The notes under the pieces: model-generated
Seen by the model: only the letters and a program-made list of their open reading frames with translations
Databases searched by the model: none
What the model was told of the DNA's origin: nothing
Program-made: the position numbers and the translations under genes
Shown: piece after piece, positions 44,372 to 54,300 of the stretch
Position numbering within the stretch: the first letter of the stretch is position 1
Layout: each line of letters begins with the position of its first letter
Assembly: GCA_963617965.1 (NCBI GenBank)
Contig: CAVEQO010000006.1
Coordinates: 1,504 to 65,503 of the forward strand
DNA length: 64,000 nt
Reading direction: 5' to 3'
Source of the DNA: Anaerovoracaceae bacterium
Lineage (GTDB): Bacteria; Bacteroidota; Bacteroidia; Bacteroidales; Bacteroidaceae

Positions 44372-45174
44372 AGCCGTTGATCAAAATAGACAATCTGACG
44401 GTGGCCTACGATGGCAAGCCCGTGCTGCAGGATGTGTGTCTCACGGTGGAACAAAACGACTTCCTCGGAGTGATAGGCCCCAACGGGGGCGGTAAGACCA
44501 CGTTGGTCAAAGCCATTCTCGGGCTGGTGCCCCATGTCAGCGGAACCATAGAATATTTCAGCCTCGCCGGACAGCCGGCAGACTGTTTGAACATCGGCTA
44601 TCTGCCTCAGTACCTGTCGTTCGATTTCAGCTTTCCCGTCACTGTCTCCGAGGTGATAGCGAGCGGTCTCCTTACGGGGCGTTCGCTCTTCCACCGCTTT
44701 ACTGCGGCGGAGCGCGCCAGAGCGGCCGAAGTGATGGATCTGTTCGGGCTGAAATCGCTTGCGGGACATTCCGTGGGGAGATTGTCGGGCGGTCAGCGAC
44801 AGCGTGTGCTTATGGCCAGGGCCATGGTCAGCGGACCGCAGCTGCTCGTGTTGGACGAACCGTCCACATACATGGACAAGGACAGTGAGGGTATGATGTA
44901 CGACCTGCTGCGTGACATCAACAGCCGCTGCGCCATAATGCTCGTGAGCCACGATGTCGGCACTATCGTCCGCGAGGTGCGCAACATAGCCTGCGTCAAC
45001 CGCACCCTGCACTACCACCCTTCGGCAGAACCTGCCGATGAATGGTTCGGTCGCGAGGTGGGTTGCCCGTTCGAGATGGTTGCCCATGGGCGTGTGCCCC
45101 ACCGCATACTTTCCGCCCACAGTCCGTCTGCACGGAATGACAACAGAAATCTTTCGCCCGGACACGATGCGTGA
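44368..45174 (+). CDS. metal ABC transporter ATP-binding protein
   Basis: Walker A GPNGGGKTT, signature LSGGQRQR and Walker B LLVLDEP. The ATG overlaps the upstream stop (ATGA). Confidence 0.85.
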   Translation: MKPLIKIDNLTVAYDGKPVLQDVCLTVEQNDFLGVIGPNGGGKTTLVKAILGLVPHVSGTIEYFSLAGQPADCLNIGYLPQYLSFDFSFPVTVSEVIASGLLTGRSLFHRFTAAERARAAEVMDLFGLKSLAGHSVGRLSGGQRQRVLMARAMVSGPQLLVLDEPSTYMDKDSEGMMYDLLRDINSRCAIMLVSHDVGTIVREVRNIACVNRTLHYHPSAEPADEWFGREVGCPFEMVAHGRVPHRILSAHSPSARNDNRNLSPGHDA

Positions 45175-45198
45175 CGGGTGGGAAAACCATATAACACT

Positions 45199-46404
45199 AT
45201 GAAAAGTCTGAAAGAGATATACAGGATAGGCTACGGACCCAGTTCGAGCCACACCATGGGGCCTTCCACGGCTGCGGGGATTTTTCTGGAACACAACACG
45301 GCCGCTGTTCGCTACAGGGTCACGCTCTACGGCAGCCTTGCCGCTACCGGCAGGGGGCACCTCACCGATGTGGCCGTGGAAGCAGTCTTCCGCAACACCG
45401 GCAAGGATGCCGAAATCGTGTGGTGTCCCAAGACGTTCCTCCCGTTCCATCCCAACGCCATGATGTTCGAGGCTCTGTCGGCAGACGGCTCCGTTGTTGA
45501 CACGTGGACGGTCTATAGCGTGGGCGGAGGGGCGTTGAAAGAGGAGTCCCCAAAATATCTCGGGGAGCAGGAATCTGACATCTATGCCCTCAGTACCATT
45601 GACGGAATAATGGCTCATTGTGAGGAAAAAGGCATGGACTTCTGGGAGTATGTCAAGGAATGCGAGCAGCCGGGAGTATGGGATTTTCTCGGCGATGTGT
45701 GGACGGCAATGAAAGAGTCCATCGTGCGCGGTCTGGCTGCCGAGGAGGTACTGCCGGGAGTTCTTCACCTCAAGCGCAAGGCGGCAAAGTTCTTCGTCAA
45801 GGCCAACAGCTATGTCCCCTCGCTCCAGTCAAAGGGAGTGACCTTTGCCTACGCACTTGCGGTGGCGGAGGAGAACGCCTCTGGTGGCATCATCGTGACC
45901 GCTCCTACGTGCGGCTCATGCGGTGTGGTGCCGTCAGTGCTCTATCAGGTACAGCAGAAACACAAGTTCAGCGATGAGCGCATCGTCAGGGCTCTGGCCA
46001 CGGCGGGGCTGTTTGGCAACGTGGTCAAGGCCAATGCGTCCATCTCCGGTGCGGAAGTGGGCTGTCAGGGAGAGATAGGTACCGCCTGCGCCATGGCATC
46101 CGCTGCCGTGTGCCAGTTGTTCGGCGGCTCGGTAGCGCAGGTGGAATACGCCGCCGAAATGGGGCTTGAGCATCACCTCGGCATGACGTGCGACCCCGTG
46201 TGCGGACTGGTGCAGATACCGTGCATAGAGCGCAACGCCTATGCGGCAGTGCGGGCTATGGATGCCAGCCTGTACTCTGCCCTCACCGACGGACGCCACT
46301 CCGTTAGCTTTGACAAGGTGGTCAGGGTGATGAAGCAAACAGGCCACGACTTGCCCTCTGTCTACAAGGAAACGTCTGAGGGAGGATTGGCCACGCATTT
46401 CTGA
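45199..46404 (+). CDS. sdaA: L-serine ammonia-lyase, iron-sulfur-dependent, single-chain form
   Basis: The ATG at 45199 gives MKSLKEIYRIGYGPSSSHTMGP. GSCG and CIERN Fe-S ligand regions are present. 401 aa. Confidence 0.85.
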   Translation: MKSLKEIYRIGYGPSSSHTMGPSTAAGIFLEHNTAAVRYRVTLYGSLAATGRGHLTDVAVEAVFRNTGKDAEIVWCPKTFLPFHPNAMMFEALSADGSVVDTWTVYSVGGGALKEESPKYLGEQESDIYALSTIDGIMAHCEEKGMDFWEYVKECEQPGVWDFLGDVWTAMKESIVRGLAAEEVLPGVLHLKRKAAKFFVKANSYVPSLQSKGVTFAYALAVAEENASGGIIVTAPTCGSCGVVPSVLYQVQQKHKFSDERIVRALATAGLFGNVVKANASISGAEVGCQGEIGTACAMASAAVCQLFGGSVAQVEYAAEMGLEHHLGMTCDPVCGLVQIPCIERNAYAAVRAMDASLYSALTDGRHSVSFDKVVRVMKQTGHDLPSVYKETSEGGLATHF

Positions 46405-46407
46405 AAC

Positions 46408-46451
46408 AAAAAACACCGTCCGCGAAAAGAAAAAGCGGACGGTGTTTTTTT
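46408..46451. terminator. bidirectional intrinsic terminator between sdaA and the SIMPL gene
   Basis: The stem AAAAAACACCGTCCGC / GCGGACGGTGTTTTTT carries flanking A and T tracts on both sides. Confidence 0.8.
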
Positions 46452-46475
46452 ATTGTGCGGTAGCTTGTGGCAACT

Positions 46476-47192
46476 TCAGTCTTTGAGCGAATAGGTCACG
46501 GTGGTTACTACGCGCACTTTCTTGATATAGGGAGTGTTGGAGTCGCGGTCTTCAATGGAGAACTGCCCTTGGTCGGCACTCATGATTTTGTCAAGCTTGC
46601 TGTTGCTGTTTTCGGCGAACTGCGCAGCGGTACTCTCTGCGTTCTTGATGGCTTCCTGCATCATGGAAGGTTTCATCTTCTTGAAAGCCACGAACTCGTA
46701 TGTCACGGGGCTTTCATAACCTCCGTCAACGATGGCCACGCCTTTTTGGAGCAGCTCGCCCTGCCGCGCCAGAATGCTGCGCACGAGTTTCACGTTCGAC
46801 GAGGTGACGGTGATGCTTGAGGTGACGTTGTAGCGGTAGGGCCGGCTGTTGTCGCTGTAGCGTTCTGCGTTGAGGTCAATGACCACGGGTGCGTTGATGC
46901 TTATCTCCGATGGCTTGATGCCGTTGGCGAGGAGAAACTGCTTGATGGTGCCGGTGGTGGAGTTTATGCTCTTGTACAGTTCCGGAAGGTTGTTGCCTAT
47001 CTCCTTTGACAGAATGGGCCATGTCACCTTGTCGGCCTCCACCTCCTTTTCCGCCAGCCCCTTTACCACTACTCTGCGGTCTTTGCCCGCCAGACTGTTG
47101 AGTCCTGATTTCACACAAAAGCCGAGCGCAACGATGCCCAAGGCAATGATCGCGGCCTGCTTGACACTAGAACTGATGGATGTAGGTTTCAT
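46476..47192 (-). CDS. SIMPL (DUF541) domain protein
   Basis: 238 aa with an N-terminal membrane anchor and SIMPL-like repeat organisation recognised by eye. Confidence 0.65.
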   Translation of the reverse strand: MKPTSISSSVKQAAIIALGIVALGFCVKSGLNSLAGKDRRVVVKGLAEKEVEADKVTWPILSKEIGNNLPELYKSINSTTGTIKQFLLANGIKPSEISINAPVVIDLNAERYSDNSRPYRYNVTSSITVTSSNVKLVRSILARQGELLQKGVAIVDGGYESPVTYEFVAFKKMKPSMMQEAIKNAESTAAQFAENSNSKLDKIMSADQGQFSIEDRDSNTPYIKKVRVVTTVTYSLKD

Positions 47193-47222
47193 AATAAATG
47201 AGAGTTTAGGTTTTTACATGTG

Positions 47223-47230
47223 CAAAAATA
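47223..47230 (-). promoter_or_regulatory. -7 box (TATTTTTG) for the SIMPL gene
   Basis: Reverse complement of CAAAAATA, 30 nt upstream of the ATG. Confidence 0.45.
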
Positions 47231-47303
47231 CGGATATTGCGCATGGAGTGATCTGTTTTTTGTGTTAAATAAGGCTAACGGGAGAGTGGGCAGTCCACCG
47301 GAC

Positions 47304-47759
47304 TTACAGGGCATCGAGTATGAGTGCGAGCACTACGTAGCGCAGAGACTTGCCTATAACCATGGCTGTTACCGACTTGGCGAAGTCAACGCGCAGGATG
47401 CCGAGGGCAAGGGTTATGGCATCGCCTAATACAGGCACGCTCGAGAACAGTCCGGTCCAGGCCCCGTAGCGGCGCACCTTTTCCTTGGTGGCGGCGAGCT
47501 TTTCCTGCTTGATACGGAACAGACGGTATACCCACTCTTCGTTGCACAGACGGCCTATGAGGTAGTTGAACACCCCTCCGAGCACATTGCCTACGGTGCT
47601 TGCCAGCACCAGTGTCCAGAGATTGAGACCGCCGGCATAGAGGGCGGTCAGTATGGCTTCGGAACTGAACGGAATGACGCTGCCTGCCAGAAAAGCCGCC
47701 ACGCCCATGCCTACGTAGCCATAGTCAATCAGCAAACCGGCAACGTCAAGCAGCAGCAT
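47304..47759 (-). CDS. YqaA/DedA-type (VTT domain) membrane protein
   Basis: GYVGMGVAAFLAGSVIPFSSEAIL matches the YqaA N-terminal motif. The start is placed at the ATG at 47759 (MLLLDVAG), which overlaps the upstream gene by 31 nt. The start is uncertain. Confidence 0.7.
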   Translation of the reverse strand: MLLLDVAGLLIDYGYVGMGVAAFLAGSVIPFSSEAILTALYAGGLNLWTLVLASTVGNVLGGVFNYLIGRLCNEEWVYRLFRIKQEKLAATKEKVRRYGAWTGLFSSVPVLGDAITLALGILRVDFAKSVTAMVIGKSLRYVVLALILDAL

Positions 47760-48700
47760 AGCAGTACGAAGAACCAGAACAAGGTATTGGCTACCCACCC
47801 CTTGGCGAAGACGAAATAGTGTGCCAGCAGGACGCTGTTGTAGAGTGCCGCCATGGTCGCCAGCAGCGAGTCGTGGCCGGTGGTGAAGAACTGTAGCAGC
47901 GTGATTGCGGGCCAGTGCATGATAATGGTTGTGTAGTAGATGCGCGTGCGCACTTTGTCATTGTAGCGCGTGTGTAGGAAATGGACGATACCAACGAGAC
48001 CGAACAGGCACATGTACAGTCGGTGGAGGTGTGGTGTTGACGGGTTGGCGGTGAAATTTCCGGTGCTGATTTCAGTTGTGACTATGTCCGATAGTAGCGG
48101 CACGGCATAGTCACGGAGTGCGGCATCCATTTCCTGTAGTGCAGTGGCTGCGGAATCATGGTAGATGTGCCAGCAGAAGAACGCCAGATAGGGTAGCAAC
48201 AGTCCGAACGCAACGGCGGACAATGCACGCGGCGTGAATGATCGCAGGGGCGTGAGCAACGACAGCAGGCATATTGGCATGAGCCACGCCAGCTGTGGCA
48301 TGATCATGGTGAGCAGTGCGACTGAAACGGTGGCGGCGAATACGGGAGTCTGCGGTCTGGGGGACTGGTGCGACAGCAGCAGGCTTATGGTGTATGTCAA
48401 CAGCAACATACATCCCGCCATGTTCAGCGGAGACCAGCCATAGATGTGGGAGCAGAGAGCTTCTGTAATGATGAAGAGCGAAGCTACTGCCCAGCTGCGC
48501 ACTCTGATGAGTTGTACGGCATTGCTGAACACGCGCAGGGCGACAGTGCTGGTCAGCAGCATGACCAGTGCCAGAAAAGACTCCAGGGAAAAATCCGTGT
48601 CGGCATACCACAGGATGCCCGCTACGGCTATGGACAGGGGGAACAGTGCCGCAGCCGTAGTGATGCGTGTCTTTATGGATCGTAAATGCGCTGCCGACAT
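47729..48700 (-). CDS. hypothetical polytopic membrane protein
   Basis: 323 aa with about 8-9 hydrophobic segments. I recognise no family motif. Confidence 0.6.
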   Translation of the reverse strand: MSAAHLRSIKTRITTAAALFPLSIAVAGILWYADTDFSLESFLALVMLLTSTVALRVFSNAVQLIRVRSWAVASLFIITEALCSHIYGWSPLNMAGCMLLLTYTISLLLSHQSPRPQTPVFAATVSVALLTMIMPQLAWLMPICLLSLLTPLRSFTPRALSAVAFGLLLPYLAFFCWHIYHDSAATALQEMDAALRDYAVPLLSDIVTTEISTGNFTANPSTPHLHRLYMCLFGLVGIVHFLHTRYNDKVRTRIYYTTIIMHWPAITLLQFFTTGHDSLLATMAALYNSVLLAHYFVFAKGWVANTLFWFFVLLCCCLTLPVC

Positions 48701-48724
48701 GATTGGACAGTACGGAAGCGAGGG

Positions 48725-49573
48725 TTAGTCCACAAGCACGGGCTTGTCTGCCGAGAGTTCGAAATAGGGATTCCCCATATCTATGTGGTCTCCCCAGTTG
48801 GAGCCGTTGGAGTCGAAGACAATCTCAAGAATCTTGGCTCCGTGTGTGTCGATGTCAATGTGGACTGCGTTGTGGTCTGCAATGGTTATGCGTCCGCTTG
48901 CCGCTTCCTTGCCGTCGAGCAGGAACTTGTATGTGGCATCACCGTGGCTGCTGACATCCTTTTTCAGAATTTCGTCGTCAATGCCGAGGTCTGTCACGAA
49001 GCGCAAAGCCCCGTTGAGCTGTATCTTGAACGTGGAGGGCGCATGAGTGCCAATGCTTGTCTCGTAGGTGTTGTTCTTGATTTTTGCCTGCTTGCTTTCT
49101 ACGGCCCTGTTCTTGAGCACGGCACTGATGTAAGGGTCATGGGTAGCCTTGCCGAGATCCATGTCGGTCATGTGGTAGATATTGCCTTGGGTGGGCAGTG
49201 CGAAATGCTTGTCGTGCCCCGGTTCGGGTTTCTGCGTCACGCTGATCACGCGCGATACGTTTTCCTTGTGGGTGGTGAGGATTATTTTCGCCGTGCGCGG
49301 CACAAAGAGCTTGTTTTCAGTGGCGGAGATCCTGACGGTATTGCCGTCTAGCGTAGCTTTGAGCCACGGGCTGCGGCAGTAGAATTCGTAGGCCGACTTC
49401 GTCTGTACGGTGACGCTTGCGGAAGTCTGGTCGTGGGTCATCTGCACGTTGTCATCGCTCACCTGTATCAGCTCGCGTGGCTGGAAATACTTGTCGTCCG
49501 CCATGGCGGAAACGGCGGCCGTCCCCGCTACGGCGAGTAGCAGTCCGCGGAAGAGGAAAGAAAAAGGTTTCAT
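48725..49573 (-). CDS. secreted BACON-like plus NPCBM domain carbohydrate-binding protein (no catalytic domain)
   Basis: The ATG at 49573 gives the signal peptide MKPFSFLFRGLLLAVAGTAAVSAMA. The C-terminal half (GTHAPS ... FVTDLGIDDE ... GDHIDMGNPYF) resembles the NPCBM module. Confidence 0.65.
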   Translation of the reverse strand: MKPFSFLFRGLLLAVAGTAAVSAMADDKYFQPRELIQVSDDNVQMTHDQTSASVTVQTKSAYEFYCRSPWLKATLDGNTVRISATENKLFVPRTAKIILTTHKENVSRVISVTQKPEPGHDKHFALPTQGNIYHMTDMDLGKATHDPYISAVLKNRAVESKQAKIKNNTYETSIGTHAPSTFKIQLNGALRFVTDLGIDDEILKKDVSSHGDATYKFLLDGKEAASGRITIADHNAVHIDIDTHGAKILEIVFDSNGSNWGDHIDMGNPYFELSADKPVLVD

Positions 49574-49607
49574 GAATATGTCGTGTTTTGAAAGTTGTCT
49601 TCGCTTG

Positions 49608-49615
49608 CAAAGATA
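49608..49615 (-). promoter_or_regulatory. -7 box (TATCTTTG) for the NPCBM gene
   Basis: Reverse complement of CAAAGATA, 34 nt upstream of the ATG at 49573. Confidence 0.45.
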
Positions 49616-49682
49616 GTCAAGAAAAGCCACAAAACCATGATTGTAGCAGTCCTTTTTGGTCGGGGAGGATGCGTTGGTGTGC

Positions 49683-49722
49683 AAAAAAGTGCGGAACGGC
49701 TTGTTTTCAAGCTGTTCCGCAC
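49683..49722 (-). terminator. intrinsic terminator downstream of trpB2
   Basis: 12-bp stem GTGCGGAACAGC / GCCGTTCCGCAC (one mismatch) followed on the minus strand by TTTTTT. Confidence 0.7.
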
Positions 49723-49766
49723 GGTAAAAGGGAGTGCTGCGGCACTCTGGCAAACGCCCTTTGTGG

Positions 49767-51134
49767 CTAAACGATATGTTCAAGCGAAGACGTGAACTCG
49801 GATATCTCCCGATCGCTCACGTCGTAGTCCTGCAGCTGCCCCTCGTGGTACTGGTCGTAGGCGGTCATGTCTATCAGACCGTGTCCCGAAAGGTTGAAGA
49901 GTATCACTTTTTCCTCACCGGTTTCCTTGCACTTGTCGGCCTCGCGTATGGCTGCGGCTATGGCGTGGCTGCTCTCCGGCGCGGGTATGATGCCTTCGGC
50001 CTTGGCGAACAGCGTGGCCGCGCGGAACGTTTCCGTCTGGGCTATGTCAACGGCTTCCATGAAGTGGTCTTTGATGAGCTGGCTCACGATGGCTCCGGCA
50101 CCGTGGAATCTCAGTCCGCCGGCATGTATGCTGGCCGGCATGAAGTTGTGGCCGAGAGTGTACATCGGTATGAGCGGTGTGGTGCCTGCCAGGTCGCCGA
50201 AATCGTACTGAAACACGCCGCGCGTGAGTTTCGGGGCGCACGTGGGTTCGGCGGCTATGAAGCGTGTCTTTTTGCCGTCAAGGAAGTTGTGGCGCATGAA
50301 CGGGAAGGCACATCCGCCGAAGTTGCTGCCGCCGCCGAAGCAGGCAATCACAATGTCGGGGTACTCGCCGGCTTTCTCCATCTGTTTCTCGGCCTCCAGG
50401 CCTATCACAGTCTGGTGCAGCGACACATGATTGAGCACCGACCCCAGCACGTAGCGGCAGTTGGGTGTTTCCATGGCGCGTTCGAGAGCCTCGGATATGG
50501 CTGTGCCGAGCGACCCCCTGTTGTCGGGGTCTTTGGCCAGCACGGCGCACCCCACTTTGGTCACGTCCGACGGTGAGGGGTGTACCTCAGCCCCGTAGGT
50601 CTCCATTATGCTGCGGCGGTAGGGTTTCTGCAGATACGAGATCTTCACCTGAAAGACGGTGCAGTTGAGCCCGAACACGCTGGCGGCATAGGAGAGTGCC
50701 GCACCCCACTGGCCGGCACCTGTCTCGGTGGTCACGTTCGTGATGCCCTGTTCCTTGCAGTAGTATGCCTGTGCGATGGCCGAATTGAGCTTGTGGCTTC
50801 CCACAGGACTGACGCTCTCGTTCTTGAAATAGATGTGGGCAGGCGTTCCCAGTGCCTGTTCCAGACCGTAGGCTCTCACCAGCGGGGTGGAGCGGTAGAA
50901 CTTGTACATGTCCCTGACCGGTTCTGGAATGAGTATCCAGGGGTCTACCGTGTTGAGTTCCTGCCGGCATAGTTCTTCGGCGAACACAGGGTAGAGGTCT
51001 TCCGCCTTTACCGGCTTCTTTGTAGCGGGGTTGAGCATTGGCAGGGGCTTGTTGGGCATGTCGGCCTGGATGTTGTACCAATGCGTCGGGATTTCCTCTT
51101 CGGAGAGGAAAAATCTTTTTTGTTTTGTTGTCAT
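49767..51134 (-). CDS. TrpB-like PLP-dependent enzyme (tryptophan synthase beta chain, TrpB2 class)
   Basis: 455 aa. The N-terminus FFLSEEEIPTHWYNIQADMP is typical of TrpB2, and GSHKLN contains the PLP lysine. Confidence 0.85.
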   Translation of the reverse strand: MTTKQKRFFLSEEEIPTHWYNIQADMPNKPLPMLNPATKKPVKAEDLYPVFAEELCRQELNTVDPWILIPEPVRDMYKFYRSTPLVRAYGLEQALGTPAHIYFKNESVSPVGSHKLNSAIAQAYYCKEQGITNVTTETGAGQWGAALSYAASVFGLNCTVFQVKISYLQKPYRRSIMETYGAEVHPSPSDVTKVGCAVLAKDPDNRGSLGTAISEALERAMETPNCRYVLGSVLNHVSLHQTVIGLEAEKQMEKAGEYPDIVIACFGGGSNFGGCAFPFMRHNFLDGKKTRFIAAEPTCAPKLTRGVFQYDFGDLAGTTPLIPMYTLGHNFMPASIHAGGLRFHGAGAIVSQLIKDHFMEAVDIAQTETFRAATLFAKAEGIIPAPESSHAIAAAIREADKCKETGEEKVILFNLSGHGLIDMTAYDQYHEGQLQDYDVSDREISEFTSSLEHIV

Positions 51135-51194
51135 TTTTTATATGGTTTGTAATGGATTTTGCCTCGGAAAAACGGCGGTTTGTGAAAAACCGGT

Positions 51195-51202
51195 CAAAGT
51201 TA
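51195..51202 (-). promoter_or_regulatory. -7 box (TAACTTTG) for trpB2
   Basis: Reverse complement of CAAAGTTA, 60 nt upstream of the ATG. Confidence 0.4.
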
Positions 51203-51343
51203 CGGAAATTCTTTGTTTCCGGCTACGTTGCCGCACCACTTTGTTCGCTCTTTTGGACAGGCGCAAAGCCGAATAAAAAATGAAGGTTTATTTCTTTGGG
51301 AACAAAAAATTTGATAAATATAAGGAAATTCTGTTGTTTTTCG

Positions 51344-51351
51344 TATCTTTG
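51344..51351 (+). promoter_or_regulatory. -7 box (TATCTTTG) for the giant GH2 gene
   Basis: Matches TAnnTTTG, 41 nt upstream of the ATG at 51393. Confidence 0.45.
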
Positions 51352-51392
51352 TGCTACAAAAGCAAAAGTTTATTCATATATATTTATAACAG

Positions 51393-54300
51393 ATGAAAAG
51401 ATTGAATGTTATTGCAATTGCGCAGATTGCTGTGGCGGCTCTCTTGTGCTGTCCGGTTAGCGTGAAAGCTGACTGGAAAATGGGGAAGGTGCCCGTCAAA
51501 ACGAGATTTGCGGATGATGTCAGCCCCACAAACGCCCTGCCGGAATACCCGCGCCCGCAGATGGTGAGGGATGACTGGCAGAACCTCAACGGACTTTGGG
51601 ATTTCATCAGCCTTCCGTCGTATGATGAAAGTGTTCCGGAGAGTGGTTGGCAGCAGATTCTGGTGCCGTTCTGTGTGGAGAGTGCGCTCAGCGGAATCGG
51701 TACGTACTATGAGTCAATGGCATATCGCCGCACTTTCACCGTACCTTCTGCATGGAAAGGCAAAAGGGTCCTTCTGAATTTTGAGGCGGTGGATTGGCGC
51801 TGTGAGGTACAGGTCAACGGCGAGGTGGTAGGAACACACGACGGCGGTTACGATCCGTTCAGCTTCGACATCACCGACAAAATCGTGGAGGGGCAGCAGA
51901 ACACCGTGGCTCTCAAGGTGTTTGATCCCACAGACCGCTGGGCGGTTCCGCGCGGAAAGCAGGTGAGGAAAACGGGCGGTATCTTCTACACTTCGTGTTC
52001 GGGTATCTGGCAGACAGTCTGGCTCGAGGCGGTAAACCAGTCGTATATCAGGAATTTCAGGATAACGCCCGACATCGACAACCAGACTCTCACCGTAAGG
52101 GCGGAAGCCGCCGGTGCTACGGACAACGTGAGCAAAATCAAGGCTGCGGCATACCACGGTGCTGTCAAGGTGGCAGAGGCCGAGGGGCAGCCGGATGAGG
52201 ACATGGTCTTGTCGATACCGGACCCTGACCTGTGGTCGCCCGACCACCCTTATCTGTATGACCTCAAACTTGAACTGGTTGACAAAGACGGCAACGTTGA
52301 CGAGGTGAAAAGTTATTTCGGTATGAGGAAAATACACATAGAGAAAGATAAGGACGGTTTCTATCGCATGATGCTCAATAACAACTTCGTGTTCCAGTCC
52401 GGACCGCTTGACCAGGGATATTGGCCCGAGAGCAACCTTACGCCACCGACCGACGAGGCCATTCGCAACGACCTTGTGCAGATAAAGAAATTTGGTTTCA
52501 ATATGGTGCGCAAGCACATCAAGGTGGAGCCGCGCCGTTGGTACTATTGGACAGACAGGCTGGGTCTGCTTGTGTGGCAGGATATGCCGTCAATGAACTA
52601 CGGTGGCACCAGGGACGAGGGTGTCACCAACGATGCCGGGATATTCACGCCGGAATTGAAAGCCATGGTAAACAAACTATACAATGTTCCTTCTGTAGTG
52701 AACTGGGTCGTGTTCAACGAGGCGGGAGGACAGCACGACACCAAGACGTACGTGGATCTGGTGCGCTCCATGGATTCCACACGCCTTATCGATGAGGCTT
52801 CCGGCTGGACATTCTATGGCTACGGAGATGTCAAGGACACGCACCCTTACCCGGCCCCCTCACCCGTCACTCCCACCAGCGGCAAGGCACAGGCTCTGGC
52901 CAACGGCGAATACGGCGGAGTGAGATATGTGGTCGATGGCCACCTGTGGAGCGGCAGCGGCTGGGGCTACGCCTCTGTAGGATCGGCTTCGGAGTACGAC
53001 AGCACTGTGTGCAAGTATTTCAGCAAGCTGGCGTACTACAAGACTTGCAAGGGGATGTCGGCAGCGGTCTACACACAGCTCACCGATGTGGAGATAGAGG
53101 TCAACGGGCTTATGACCTATGACCGTCTGGTCAAGAGCGATCAGTCAAGGATATGCAAGGCCAATCGCGACCTGATTGAGCGCGACGGGGTGGAAGAGGA
53201 ATATGTGTTGCCCGTTGCCAGTCAGAAACCGCAGACGTGGCGCTACACGCTTGCCGATCCGGGCGACGGATGGTACGGCGAATCGTTCAACGACAGCAAG
53301 TGGCTTTCCGGCACATCGGGCTTCGGCGCCAACGGTCTTGCCAACATGACCTATGGTACGCATTGGTCTTCTTCCGACATCTGGCTCCGCAAAACCGTTG
53401 ACCTCAGCCTTGGTGAAGAGGAACTGAAGGCTTTGCGCATGGTGATCTACAATGACGAAGATGTGGAGGTTTATGTCAATGGAGTTCTGGCCTATAGTGC
53501 CACGGGCTATCTTTCCGACTACAAGACGGTAGACTTTTCTACAGCAGCCCGCGAGGCGATTAATCCGGAGGGACCGAACCTCTTCGCCATTCACGTGAAA
53601 CAGACGGCTGGCGGTCAGTATATAGACCTTGGTCTGACCCTTGACAAGGAGACCAAGGAACTGCCTGTCAACCGTGTGGTGCAGATCAATATGGATTACA
53701 CCAAAAGTTCCGAAATCAGTTTCTCGCTGGGCTACAGTCTTGACCCTGATGCCGCCGTGCCCGACAAGACTCAGCGGTTTACGCGGTTGACTTTTGCTGA
53801 CGGAGAGCCGAACTATATAGGGCTCAACGACGGGGCGCTCTTGATGCCCAAGACGGTACAGCTCAACATCACTGACCTGACGGCGGACGTGCCCGAGGGT
53901 GTTGCGGTGAAATATTTTGTCAGTGTCAACCCGCAGGTTGGCGGCGAGGGGGAAGGAACCGTCCACAGCTGCACGGTGGTTGACTATACGGGACAGTCCG
54001 GCGTGGTGCAGACTCCGATGACCATGCAGCCGGTCAGGGTGAGCCATGAAACCGGTCCTGTCGTTTTGTCGGCATCGGCAGGCAGTGAAGCGTTCAACGC
54101 TCCGCGCAACGCCTGTTTTGACAGCCGGGGCAACCTCTGTTGGGACGCTCCGTTGCAGACAACGGCGGCACTCAGAAGCTATAGAGTCCTCAAAGACGGC
54201 AAGTGCATAGTGACAGTGCCGTCGGGCAGCCGGAGCTGTGCGGTGGATGACATGACTGGCGAATATTCCGTAGAGGCGGTTTATGCCAATGGAGTTTCCG

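Noticed and set aside
44119-45768. 549-aa antisense ORF spanning the znuA end, znuC and the sdaA start
   Set aside because: It crosses two gene boundaries opposite strongly supported CDSs. The sequence is low-complexity and Arg/His-rich with no recognisable domain, so it is judged a frame artefact.
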